From assembly GCF_009914755.1 (NCBI RefSeq), contig NC_060925.1: a DNA stretch of 64,000 bases, one strand, 5' to 3'. The position numbers and the translations under genes are program-made. The DNA comes from the human T2T-CHM13v2.0 reference genome, Homo sapiens. Below the pieces are notes generated by a model. It was not told the DNA's origin and searched no databases. It saw only the letters and a list, made by a program, of their open reading frames with translations. This document shows, piece by piece, positions 35,281 to 61,663 of the stretch (position 1 is its first letter; each line of letters begins with the position of its first letter).

Positions 35281-35597
35281 TCACAACAACGCAGTTTTCA
35301 AGCCAGGTGATTGAGCCCCAGAGAGGCTGTCTTGCGCAAGGTCACACGGTTAAGAAGTGGCTCCAACCTGGCCTGGCTGGAAAGCCTCTTCACCACAGCC
35401 CCATGCTGCCTTAAATCGGGATGATCCTCTCTTGCCCTCTTCCTCCTGACACCAGGCAGGGCTTAGTGCTGTCCTTGTCCCATCGCAACACTGCCAGGCA
35501 TTCTGGAGATGCTTTTGGTGACATCCTCACTGTTCGGCAGCCGTCTCCATGGAGACAGTCTAAAAACAAGAAGCCGGACGTTTTAACTAATGTCCTA

Positions 35598-35879
<282 letters not shown>

Positions 35880-37179
35880 TCACAAGGTCAGGAGTTCAAG
35901 ACCAGCCTGGCCATGAAACCCCATCTCTACTAAAAATACAAAAATTAGCCGGGCATGGTGGCAGGTGCCTGTAATCCTAGCTACTCAGGAGGCTGAGGCA
36001 AAGAATTGCTTGAACCTGGGAGGTGGAGGTTGCAGTGACCCGAGATCGCACGACTGCACTCTGACAGAGCGAGACTCTGTCTCAAAATTAAAAAAAATAA
36101 GAAAATAAAAAATTAACCAACCAGGCTTGGTGGTGTGCGCCTGTGGTTCCAGGTATTCAGGAGGCTAAGGCAGGAGGATCACCTGAGCCTCGGGGGTCAA
36201 GGCTGCAGCGAGATATGATCGCACCACTGTACTCCAGCTTGGGTGACAGAGCAAGACCCTGTCTCAACAAAACAAAACAAAAAGCGCAACAGATTTATTT
36301 TGGGGTGGGCTAGGGGTGGGAAACACTTGTGAATGACGAAAGGTGGAGGAAGCATGGAGGAAGCTTCAGACATCATGCACCGGATGGGCGCTCCAGTACA
36401 GAGGTGGCCTGTTAGACGAGGCCCGTGCTGAGCAGAAATGGCTGGGCCCCAGAACCCCCATGCCCGTCATTGGCAGGGGCTGCTGGGAACAGCCTGCCAT
36501 GGGCCAAGGTGGCCCTGAAGCTGTACCAGCTGGAGGCCGCCAGCAAGTGCTTTCCCCAAGAGAGATCGGAGCGGCACACCTCCACGGCACCACGATTGTT
36601 AGATCAGTGACCAGAATATTCTACAAAACAGCAACCAAACCAGCAATTAGCATTGTATAAGGCAAACCACCAGCTCCCTGACAGGCTGCTTCATTCCCAA
36701 ACCATTGTTTTCACCCTGGGCACAAAGAAAAGGCCCGCATTTGGGCCGACTGGACAGTCGCTCTGGGAGCCGGCTCCATGGCAGGTGCCCAGGACTTCAG
36801 TTTCCCCATCTGTCAAAAGAGGACATTGGTTTTGGGGATCCTGAGGCCCCTCCCAGCTCTGAGCTGACTCCACACCTGGCAGCCCCCAGCTGTTCTACTG
36901 GCTCTGTCTGGGAGGAGACCTCACACCACCTTCGCTCTTCCCATGGTCAATCAGTACCCTATCTGAGGCAGCTGGGGTCTCTGCCACCGACCCTTGGGGG
37001 CCTCGGCCATGACATCTCCCTGTGGTTCCACTCAGGAGCCTTGCACACCAGATGGCCCACCCCGCCAGGGCGCGGCCTGCCACAGAGATGATGGATCTCT
37101 TGTCCAGTGGGACCGAGTGCAGGGCTGCGGGGAGGGGCGGCTCAGCTTGGCTGACTGCGTGTGCTCTCTGTGTTGGCAG

Positions 37180-37269
37180 GGACTTGCTGCGACCTGCGGG
37201 AGCATCTCTGCACACCCCACAACCGAGGCCTCAACAACAAATGCTTCGATGACTGCATGTGTGTGGAAG
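37180..37269 (+). CDS. DRAXIN: DRAXIN exon 6 (Cys-rich domain)
   Basis: [30 protein letters not shown]. Acceptor TGTTGGCAG|, donor AAG|GTGGGT. 90 nt. Confidence 0.96.
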
Positions 37270-37829
37270 GTGGGTCCAGACTCCTTTGCGGGGGGCTACC
37301 CATGCTCTGAGAACCACAAAGCCTCCCTTTCTCGAAGCGGCTTCTGCACCGAGTGGGGAACAAGCTTTCCTGGCAGAGGGTGGATCATGGGCCTGCGGCG
37401 GGGGTGTAGGTGGGAGAATCCCTCGGGAGCCGAAGACGTGAGCAAGAACAGCTTTATCAGTGCCTTCCCAATCTGTGAACTCATTTAGTCCTGATTCTTG
37501 GCATCATTTCTGAGATTTGCTTTTCTCAACTTTTGAAATACAAGCTGGCACAATCTCCCACTATCTGGAAGAGGGAGAAGGGAGGAGACAGGAGCACATC
37601 TCTTTAAATTAGATCCAGCCTCAGAAGGCTGCCGCTTTCACACCAGAATTCTATCCCAGAGGAGGCATTGAAGTGTGATAATGGGGTGGGGGTGGGTTTC
37701 CCAGCATGTCCCAGGGAAGGATGCACTTGCCCAGCTGCCTCTTCAACTCCTCCGTGCCCCCACCTCGCCTAAGTGTGCTGGGCTCTGTGCTGAGCACTTT
37801 TCTACTGAAATCCCCATGACCACCCCTAG

Positions 37830-41329
<3,500 letters not shown>

Positions 41330-41657
41330 TAACTGAAGTCAACGTAAGTTATAGTTCACTGTGCGGTGCATTCTGTGGGTTTTGACAAATGCATGCCATG
41401 TCCCACCATTACGTGTCACACAGAATATGTTCACCGCCCCGACCGCCCTGAGTCTTCTCTGTTCTCCTTCCGTGTTCATTCCTCCCCTCTTCCGGGTTCG
41501 TGTCTTTTAAGCTCACTGGGGCTGCCGTGAGGAAGCTGGGTTGTAGGGCAGAATAATGAAGGCAGGAGGGAGCTGGCTGGCCCCGAGCGTGCAGGGGAAG
41601 GAAGGGGAGGGCACGGGCCCTTCGCGCCTCTGACCCCCCTTGCCTCCACTCGCCCAG

Positions 41658-41770
41658 GGCTGCGCTGCTATGCCAAATTCCACCGGAACCGCAGGGTTAC
41701 ACGGAGGAAAGGGCGCTGTGTGGAGCCCGAGACGGCCAACGGCGACCAGGGATCCTTCATCAACGTCTAG
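41658..41770 (+). CDS. DRAXIN: DRAXIN exon 7 coding part, stop TAG at 41768-41770
   Basis: [37 protein letters not shown]. Exon sum 451+191+115+90+90+113=1050 nt (349 aa + stop). Confidence 0.97.
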
Positions 41771-42371
41771 CGGCCCCGCGGGACTGGGGACTGAGCCCAG
41801 GAGGTTTGCACAAGCCGGGCGATTTGTTTGTAACTAGCAGTGGGAGATCAAGTTGGGGAACAGATGGCTGAGGCTGCAGACTCAGGCCCAGGACACTCAA
41901 CCCCAGGAGGGGAGCCGCTCGGCGAATGAGCTGGGTGGGTGCCCAGGAGCCGGCCCGCAGCACCTGCACACACGAAGTCCGGACCCACGCAGCCTCCATC
42001 CCGCGTGTCTTGCTCTCCGCGATGGCAATGCCGAGAGTGCCCTCTACTGTCCGACTCCAGCACTGCAACAGCTTCAAGTTCAAAACCAAGAGGCGTTTTT
42101 GAGAGTGGAAAAGAAATTTAAACTTCCCGAAAGAAGGTCCACCATCAGGAGATGAATATGGAACATCTCCTATGTACCAGGCACTGTGCTAAGTGCTGGA
42201 ATACATTATCTCATTGAATTATCACAACGACCTTTTCAAGTAGGCATTATCACCATGCGACAGGTTGAGGACCGTGAGGCACGCTGGAGTTATTTGACTC
42301 GACTTGCCCAGGGTCCCAGGTCAGTGCTCCTCAAACCTGAACATGCTAAGAGTCACCTGGAGGTCCAGTTA

Positions 42372-47494
<5,123 letters not shown>

Positions 47495-47906
47495 TCACAA
47501 GTTCTCCAGGTCATTCTTGGGCACGATCAAATTTGAGAATCACAGGTCTAGGATACGACGGGGAAAACAGAAATGTGGGGTGGTCAGGGACATTCGGATA
47601 ATTCGGGCTATTTGTATTCAGGTGTGAGCTGGCAAATCCGAGACCTGTTTTGCGTAGCTAATTACCAGCAATGACAAACTCCCAGGCTCTGAGGCCCAAG
47701 CCTCCTGGGCTGCAACTGGTCTTTATTTTTGGAGGCAATGAATGGAGCACCTCGGCCTGGGACCCTCAGTGTAGGGTTTTCTGACTCTTAGGCAACTTCC
47801 TAGGGTGCTGTACTTCCTTTTTAAAGTTGGGGAGCGGCAGGGGGAGGGGGAAGTGCCACGCCCTTGTAGTTTCATGATGTCATGTTGCATGTGCTCTTGA
47901 GCTGTA

Positions 47907-47912
47907 AATAAA
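47907..47912 (+). terminator. Distal polyadenylation signal AATAAA of DRAXIN
   Basis: GCTGTAAATAAAGAG in unique sequence, followed by TGGTGTCTCTCTTTGTT. Confidence 0.65.
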
Positions 47913-48163
47913 GAGACGATGGTTAAAAAGCCCACCTGGTGTCTCTCTTTGTTCCTCCAGGAGACGGTCTGTCTGTGCTGGTAGTGAGCTCTACAGGGGC
48001 ATTTGGAGGGGATCCTTAGCCTGGTATTCCACCTATGACTTCTCAACACACTGGACTGAGCATTTGCCCTGAGCTAAGCAGCAAACAAGGCAGACAGGAC
48101 CCCTGCCCTCGCCTGGTCCTCATCATAATCCCTCAGCCAGACCTCTTGACTGCGAGTCTCAGA

Positions 48164-48468
<305 letters not shown>

Positions 48469-49239
48469 CGGAGTCCCAGATTTTTATCTCCCTACCCATT
48501 TTAGGGTTGGGGCAGCTGAGGTCCGAAAGAGATTCTGAGGTGGGTTGCAGCAGGCCGGTCCCCAGCAGCTTCCTTCCGAGCCAAGGTGGCCGAGTGCAGA
48601 GAAGAGCAGAAGCGGGACTCCTGCAAGATAAGAAAGGACAAGGCAGCTCAACAGAAGCCAGGGCTGGGGCAGGGTCAGTTGCCATCTTGGGAAAGGGCAT
48701 GAACTGGTGAGGGGGTGGCCTGGCTTGGCACCAGGAAGGACATCTCTTATCGTGGTGGCAGTTCCAGCCAGTGCCGCCCAGCTCTGCTGACCAGGGCTTC
48801 CTCGGGCAGGCTGTTATGTCTCCCAGTGACCTTGATCCTAAAGCCAAGGTGGGGCCCAGACACCCCTGGGGGCCGTGGTGACCACAGAGATGGGGCGCCC
48901 TGAGAGCCTGGTGTCCGTATCTGCAGAGACGTCTCTGCCTAGCCAGGACAGGGAAAATCAGGCTTCCCAAATCCAGGGTTTCCTAAAACATGGGTCCTCG
49001 GACCCCCAGCATCAGAATCCTGTGGACGGCAAGCCCAGGTTTCTGAGCCCCACCTGGGCCTCTGACTCAGAATTCCAGGCATGGGCTTGGGAATCTGCAC
49101 AACTGAAACTCAAGTCTGAGAGCTGCTGCACCAAATCTTCTGAGAACTCACAGTCCTCCCCACACAGCCCCAGGTGGCTGGAGGAGCTCCCACGGGGGAT
49201 GGTTCTGAGGAGCTGAGCCCAGAAGGCCTGTACCCCTCC

Positions 49240-49430
49240 AAGAGACTTTGCAAGTCATACCCTCTCTGCCCACTACTCAACTCTGCCATCGTCGTATGAA
49301 AGCAGCCATGGATCACACAGAAACAGATGCATGCAAATGAGTGAGCACAGCAGCGTTCCAATAAAACTTTATTTACACAAAAGGGTAGCGGGCCAGATTT
49401 GGTCCAGGAGCTGTAGCTTGCTGACCCCAG
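49240..49430 (+). mobile_element. MER58A-like DNA transposon
   Basis: ACTACTCAACTCTGCCATCGT...GTTCCAATAAAACTTTATTTACA...GGGCCAGATTTGG. Confidence 0.7.
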
Positions 49431-49659
49431 TCTGTACTACTGACCCCTGGGTCAAAGGTTACAGAAAGGCATGCTGGCCATCTAAAAGCCAAACCCCTCT
49501 GTCCTGGGATGTCCACTGGATCCCATTTCTACTAATAAAGGTCAGAACAGTGCTGAGATAAGGGGTTAGGGCAGTCAAGCCCAAGGCCACAGGATGTCAG
49601 CTCTCAGTGCCAGCAGCCTGGGTGCAGCCCTTGGTGGAGGGCAGATGGCTGCACTGGGG

Positions 49660-50849
<1,190 letters not shown>

Positions 50850-52284
50850 TGGAGCTTTCTGGAGCTCAGCTCCCCAGCTCAGATCCCGGTGACTGGACGT
50901 GCGACAGAGTTGACCGTGGCGGGTCATGAAGCTCTGGGCTTCCTCACTCTGTTTGGCAGCTTGAGCCTCAGTGTAGCGGTGGCCAACCCTGGTCATGAAC
51001 ATGGACACACATGCTGTGGTGGGCCCAGACCAGTGTCTACCCAGTGTTAGGACATGAAATTGCAATTTGGGGTGGGATGGGGTGGGGAGGGATCGGGTGA
51101 GGAGCGATATGAATGGATGCCTGACTGGGTCAGCAAATGACAAAACAGAGCTGCCCCTGTCCCTTCATCACACCTCCCCCAACACACGATGGCATATCCT
51201 GAAACTCACACGTTTGCACTGGGGAACCACAGTCAGGAGCCTGGGCTCTGTCCCTGCTGGCGATTAGGCACTGCGGCAAGGGCACAATTGGACGGCGCTA
51301 TATGCTGTGGTCTTGAACTGGCACTGTGCATCCCGACCTTGACCTGTGTCAGCGCCTGGCACAGAGCAGAATACCTGTGTACAGAGGGAACACCTTCCTC
51401 CAGACACAGCCCTGGCCTCCATTGACGGCGTGAGGCGCCCCTCCTCTTGCGTAACTGGGAACTGTTAGACCTTCTTTTGCCAAGCATGAAAATGGAAGCA
51501 CAAAGGAATTAAGGCCACTTGCCCAAAGTGGTGCTGGAGAGGCCTCCCCCAGGTCTGCCTGACTCCAAAACCTGATCATGTCCATGACCCCGTGTTGCCT
51601 CTCAAATACCTGAAGTTTACTGAGCACCTACTAGGAGCTGATCACTGATCTCACCCCTACTCCCACCTCACAGGCACTGTGCCACTCATTTAGGACCCAT
51701 CGAGGCCGCTGTCAGGCAGGGGGCTGCCAGGACCGAAGTTGGATTCACCTTCAGGCCGGCTTCCCAGAGAGGAAGAGGGCTGGATTCCTTCCAGAGAGCC
51801 AGTGGAAGCACCCTCCCCTCCCCCACCCACTTCCTCGTTCTTCTCTTCTCTCTCCCTGTGGCCACTGGCCCCCTGCAAGGAAGATGAGACCTCGAAGAGC
51901 CTGCAGCAGAGTCAGACGTGAAAGCCACCGCCAGTGAGGCCTGAAAGCAGTGAAAGCAAACACCAAAGATAAACCCCATGGCAGATAGGCGTCTCGGGCC
52001 GTCGGGCTCAGTGACCACAACAGGCCTCATGTGTGTATCTGAGCCATCACTCAGATTCAGCCAGAGCCCTCCAACGCCTCCCTTGGAATTCCAGCAGCAT
52101 CCACGTGGAAAAATGGGAGAACGAAGAGAGGAGGAGGAAGCAGCCTGAAGTTATGACACAACCAGGACAGGCCATGGGAGGCGGGAGGCAAGCAGCACAC
52201 ATTGAAACTCGCTCCGTGCAGGGCCTGGGCCAGGGGCTGGAGTTGATCTCTGAACAAGATGCTCAGAGTTGAGGAAAGCACGTG

Positions 52285-52522
52285 AGCATGCACATGCACA
52301 CACACACACGCACCCACACATACATGCACACGCACACACACGCACCCGCACATGCAGACACCCACACCCACACACATGCACACCCATGCACATGCCCATG
52401 CACACCTACACACATGCACACACACACACACCACCGCACATGCACACCCATGCACATGCCCATGCACACCTACACACATGCACACACACACACACCTGCA
52501 CATGTGCGCGCACACGCACACA
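52285..52522. repeat. CA/CATG low-complexity tract with an internal 60-bp duplication
   Basis: CACATGCACACCCATGCACATGCCCATGCACACCTACACACATG... at 52373 and again at 52437. Confidence 0.9.
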
Positions 52523-53063
52523 ATAAAATAAGAGGATTGCTGCTGTATGCAGCAGGGGTTGAAGGAAATACCATAGGTCAGAATTTGAGAGTAGCTGAAG
52601 TGCCTCTCCTTCCTCTTGGGCAATAGCCTCTTACTTCCGCTTGTGTTCTGGGTGGTTTCTAACACAGCCACAGCTTCCTGGACTCCAACAGGGCACAGGC
52701 AATTTCCTTTTCTGCCTTTTCTACAATCACCAAAGGTTCCATAGGGCATTCTGATGGGTTCTCTGAGCACAAGGGTCTCTGGAGGGACAGGGCACTATTG
52801 CCACATGTCTGGGAAGGCCTGGCGGGGATCATTCTTAACCGGCAGTAATTTTCATAGGACCCTGATGAGGTGGCAGAGCAGCCGGAACATCAGGCATGAT
52901 TTCCTGTGTTTTAAAGCTCAAGGAGTATTTATGGAGGCTGGCTGGAGTCCATAAGTGTCAGCAAGGGATGCCGCTGTAAGATTGAATTCTGTGCCATCGG
53001 GACAAATCGTTCAGAGTCAGCCCTCATTAGTTTTAAGTAGTCACAGAAACAAATGTCCCCTCT

Positions 53064-53828
<765 letters not shown>

Positions 53829-54370
53829 ACTCACTCAATACATGACCCCAAGCCTTGTGGAATGCCACGTGGGGGTCTATTATGTCCTTCCATAGCCAAG
53901 AATAGGTCGTGGCAGGAACTCCGGTTCCTTTGAGGATACCGACAGTTTCACTTTCGTTTCTCCGTGCTTCCCACCTCCCCCCATCCCCCCAACCCCACCA
54001 GCCTGCCAAGCCCGCCCAGCCAGCTGGGTGTTCTCGTGCTCTCCTCCCTCCGCCTCTGGCCCCAGCTGGTGGAGATGAATACAGTGTCAGTGTCTGAGCC
54101 ACAGGGACGTTCCACAGGCCCAGCCTTGTGCTGCCTTCCGATCCTTGTCTTCTCCTACTTGCTTCACTCTATCCTTCTCATTTCAGCCCTGGCCGGATTT
54201 TTCTGCTGTGTGGTTACACGTCAGGGTCCTGGAGCCAGGCTTCCTGGGTCCCACCGCAGTTCCAGCAGCAATTAGTGCTGTGCCTGCAGCAAGCGGCTTC
54301 ACTTCTGTTGATTTCAGTTGCCTAAGTGTAAACAGGAATAAGAACAGCGCGTGCCATAGTTCTGTTGTGA

Positions 54371-57802
<3,432 letters not shown>

Positions 57803-57929
57803 ACAGCAGTTAGCTCATTTAATCCTCATAAGGATCATATGAGGTAGGTAGCCTAAATAGCCCATTTACACAGGGAAGTGGGAAGGAGAGAGGGTGCCCC
57901 CAAGGATGAGACACAAGCTGTTGCCACAT

Positions 57930-58760
57930 CAGCACTTTGCGCCTGGACGGTCCCCCAGTTGTCCTGGCTGCAGGCAGTCCGAACAGTCCGCTTCCTGGAA
58001 TATTAGCCAGGCAGGATACGCCCTGGGCGACAGAAACTCCAACTTTCGCCAGCGGCCCCCAAGTACTGCCTGGGCGGTGGCGGGAGTCTGGAGCTTGGCT
58101 GAAGGCGCGAGCTGCCGACGCCGTCTCCTAGCAACCAAGCGGCGGTCACGTGACCCGCTCCAGCCCGTTTCACGTGGTCTTGAGCTGCGCTGGGGTTGGA
58201 GTGGCCGCAACGGGCGGGGCGGGGCCGGGCAAGTTTGTTCCCCGAGTTCGGAGCCTAGGAGCCCCCCGCGGCTGCGGCGCAGGTGCCCTCGGCCTGAGTC
58301 GGGATGGAGCTGCCTGCTGTGAACCTGAAGGTGGCGACGGGCTGGGGGGAGGGTCCCCTTTGCGGGAGGAAGTGGGACATTTGCATTTTCCCGGAAGGTG
58401 GGAGGAAGGACCGGAGTTTTGGGGAAAGAGGGATGGTAGGGAGGAAGGGAAGGTACAGACCCCACGCAAGAAGGAGATGGGCAGGCAGGCCACAGCAGGG
58501 AGAGTGATCCAGGCACAGGCCAGCAGGGCGACACTGAGGGGCCGTGGGAGGTGGCAGCGGAGGGCAAGGGCCGCCCCCTCCCGGACTCAGACCCTCCCAG
58601 CGGGCAGCGCCGGTCCCAGCATTGCTGTTGCCTGCACGCCCAGAATTCCCCTGGAGGAGGAGGAAGGTGCGCGGGAGGGGCTTGTAGGCGGCTCACCTCC
58701 CCCGCGCGGGGTCAGGGACTGGGCTTGCCCCCCGGGTCCCAGCACCGTTTCAGGAGCCTC
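57930..58760 (+). promoter_or_regulatory. AGTRAP CpG-island promoter
   Basis: CpG-rich. Contains GGTCACGTGACC (58144-58155), CACGTG (58171-58176), GC boxes (58212-58224) and an X-box-like GTCTCCTAGCAAC (58123-58135). Confidence 0.88.
58304..58330 (+). CDS. AGTRAP: AGTRAP (type-1 angiotensin II receptor-associated protein) first coding exon; gene continues past the window end
   Basis: MELPAVNLK matches the ATRAP N-terminus. Strong Kozak GGGATGG, donor AAG|GTGGCG, located in a CpG island downstream of DRAXIN. Confidence 0.92.
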
Positions 58761-60019
58761 CTTGTTTGCTAAGTCGGGTTAAGGAAATCAGATGTTCCCA
58801 AGCAGTTGGTTTTATAAAGTTTACACATCCAGCGCCCTTATTTCATAATCAAGAAGCGCGAACTCCAACAGAAATTACTTAAAAGCAGAAAACCCCAACT
58901 TTGTGCACTGGGGAAAACACTGCAGGGCTTCCTGTGGTGTCTTCATTTCCCGAGCCGTGAGCTCAGTCCGGGTCTGGGTGCCAGCGGCTGTTCTTTTTCT
59001 CCCCGCCCAGCCCCGCCGCCCACGTGTCTGGGCTCCATTTGCATTAGAGGGGCTAGGGGCTTTAGTTTTGGTCAGGAAGGTGTGGACCTTGGACCAAACC
59101 GGCCATTTTGGGTCTTAGTGCAGCCTCCTTTGAGGCAATATCCAGGAATGTCCTCTTACTCATGAATGACAGAGCATTTAGCTCCCTGTTGGTGTCTGGG
59201 ACTAAAGGAACCTGAGAAATAGACGGTTACAAAACAATGGCTTAATACACTTTATTATTACACAACATCTGTGCTATGACTTGCTATAGGCATGTTTCCC
59301 TTCTTAATCATACTTGCTTCAGCAAACCTTCCTGAAGCTTCCAGTCAAAGGTGGTGGGGAGACATGGCTGGAGCAAGGGAATGGGCTTGGATGGAACGTT
59401 CAGCTGGGAAGAAATTTACGTGACAGCAGCCGAGGCTTGTTGGTATCAATATGCACTCTATTCCAGGCAATGTGGGGTTAACACCAACTGCCTTTTCTCT
59501 GATGAGGGATTTGCTTAAAATAATTGCTGACAGAGGATCAGGTGAGGGCAGTGGGAGGGACAGAGCTCTAATTTATGGGCTTCTGTGGTGTGCCAGGTTA
59601 TTTAATCAAGGCAGCCTTATGAGAAAGCTGATATGGTCATCTTTTTACAGATGAGCAAACTTCAGCTTAGACTGGGTAAATTGCCAAGGTCCCACGGGGA
59701 GTAAGTGGCAATATCAGGATTTGAACCCATAGGGATCAGACTCCAGGGCCAGGTCCTTTCTGGGGTACCAGCTTAGGGCTGACTTTAACGTTGGCTGTTT
59801 CTGTCCTTTGGGAGGGCTTAGTCTCTTTGGGGCTTTTTTTGAGCAACTTTTTGGGCCTGACAGGCTAAGAGCATCCACAGGTATGAGCTATGCTGGCTTT
59901 CGGTACCCAGGATGAAAAGGCTGGTCCTCCCCTTGACTTGGCAAACGAGACCCCAGTCTCCAAGGGTGTTAGCCGCTACCAGTCAGAGACAACAAAGTGC
60001 TGGAAGGCCCTGAGGGGTC

Positions 60020-60200
60020 AGGGTTGTCAGGTCGTGTACAGGAGATCCAGGTGAATTTGAATTTCAGATCAACAACGAACAGTTTTTTAGTATGAGTAAG
60101 TCTCAGGCAATATGTGGGACATATTAACAAATTATTCATGATCTGATATTGGAAATTAACTGGGTGTTCTGTATTTTTGTTTGCTGGATCTGGCCACCCT
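60020..60200. mobile_element. MER53 palindromic MITE
   Basis: TIRs AGGGTTGTCAG / CTGGCCACCCT. Internal inverted arms at 60047-60071 and 60139-60163. Confidence 0.72.
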
Positions 60201-61363
60201 GTGGAGGGCAGCTGTTGACTCCTTGCTTATAGGCACTTAGGGGATGTTCTGAGTTCAGAGCCCTTCAGGAGGTGGGGAACTGCTCCCTGTGGCCTGCACT
60301 CCCTCCCCACTCCCTCGTTTTGTATATTCCTTGGGCAAGGGCTGAGTGCCTGCTTCTGCCCAGCTCAGCCAGAGTGGGCAGTGGTGCCAGGTGAGAAGAA
60401 ACAACTGCCCCAGGCCCTTTGCACAAAGGGCAGCTCCTGACCAAGCCCTGTCCATGTCTCTTGAAGCCAGGTCCTGAGCTGCAAGAATGACATTGTGATG
60501 AGCTTAGAAAGGACTGGACTAGGGTACAGAGGTCTTGTGGGAAGAAGACCTTGGGAGGAGGATCTGGTGGTCTAGGAGGTAGTCGTGTAGCATTTGGGTT
60601 AAAAACTCAGTAATGAGGACTGCTGGGATGGAGGGCTGAATTCCTCACAGGCACTGTGTGGAGCGCTTCCCACACCTCTCCACCTCCCTGTACCACTGGA
60701 TCCACACAACAACACTGAATCAGGCAGTATTGCCCTTCTTTGCAGAAGAGCCAACAGCTGTTCTGAGAGGTCAGGTGACTTGCCTAAGGTCACTAGGTTC
60801 TAAAGTCATGGAGCCAGGATCAGATCCACCTGTTTGCCTCCAGTACCCATGAAGTTAACCGCTGCACAACTCTGCCTCCCATCCTTGGCAGCCCTGACTG
60901 GTGTCCCTGGGCCCCGGCCACCCTGGGGGATCTCACTAGCACGTGTAACAGGCCACCAAGTGTTTGCACAGGACTGGTAGGAGTTTATTCCATTTCTGGG
61001 AAGTCCTACCCCGCCATGGGTCCTCTAGTGGCAAACAAAGGGTTTAAGTCTTGGTCTGCATGCCCTGCTGGTTTCTCTTCAGCCTTTCCTTCTCCAGGTT
61101 AGACTTCCTCATTTCCATCTGCCCTCTACGGCTCTTCGAGATCCTGACGGTGTAGCACAGTGGACAGAGCACAGGCTTTGGGGGCAGGCAGGTCTGCATT
61201 CAAGGTCTTGAGTAGGTTTCTGTGTGACCTTGAGTAGGTTTCTGAACTCTCTCAGTATCTATTTCATCATTGTAAAAAGAAGTTAAATACAGTCCCTACC
61301 TCCTAGGATGATGGATCCATGGTCCAGGACGTAGTCTAGAATTAGGGTTACAAATTCAGGCTG

Positions 61364-61663
61364 GGCCAGGCGTGGTGGCTCACACCTGTAATCCTAGCAC
61401 TTTGGGAGACCCAGGCAGGTGGATCATTTGAGGTCAGGAGTTCGAGACCAGCCTGGCCAACATGATGTAACCCCACCTCTACTAAAAATACAAAAATTAG
61501 CTGGGTGTGGTGGTGCTCGCCTGTAGTCCCAGCTATTCAGGAGGTTGAGGCACCGAGGATCACTTGAACACGGGAGGCAGAGGTTGCAGTGAGCCGAGAT
61601 CGCACCACTGCACTCCAGCCTGGGCGACAGAGCAAGACTCTGTCTCAAAAAAACAAACAAAAA
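61364..61663 (+). mobile_element. AluS in AGTRAP intron 1
   Basis: Full-length Alu consensus. Confidence 0.92.

Noticed and set aside
57894-58782. 140-255 aa ORFs at the AGTRAP promoter
   Set aside because: GC-rich artefacts. Only MELPAVNLK before the donor matches a known protein.
59651-59880. Possible cryptic AGTRAP exon (TTTTTACAG acceptor, CAG|GTATGA donor)
   Set aside because: The acceptor is a generic MIR-derived motif and there is no further support.
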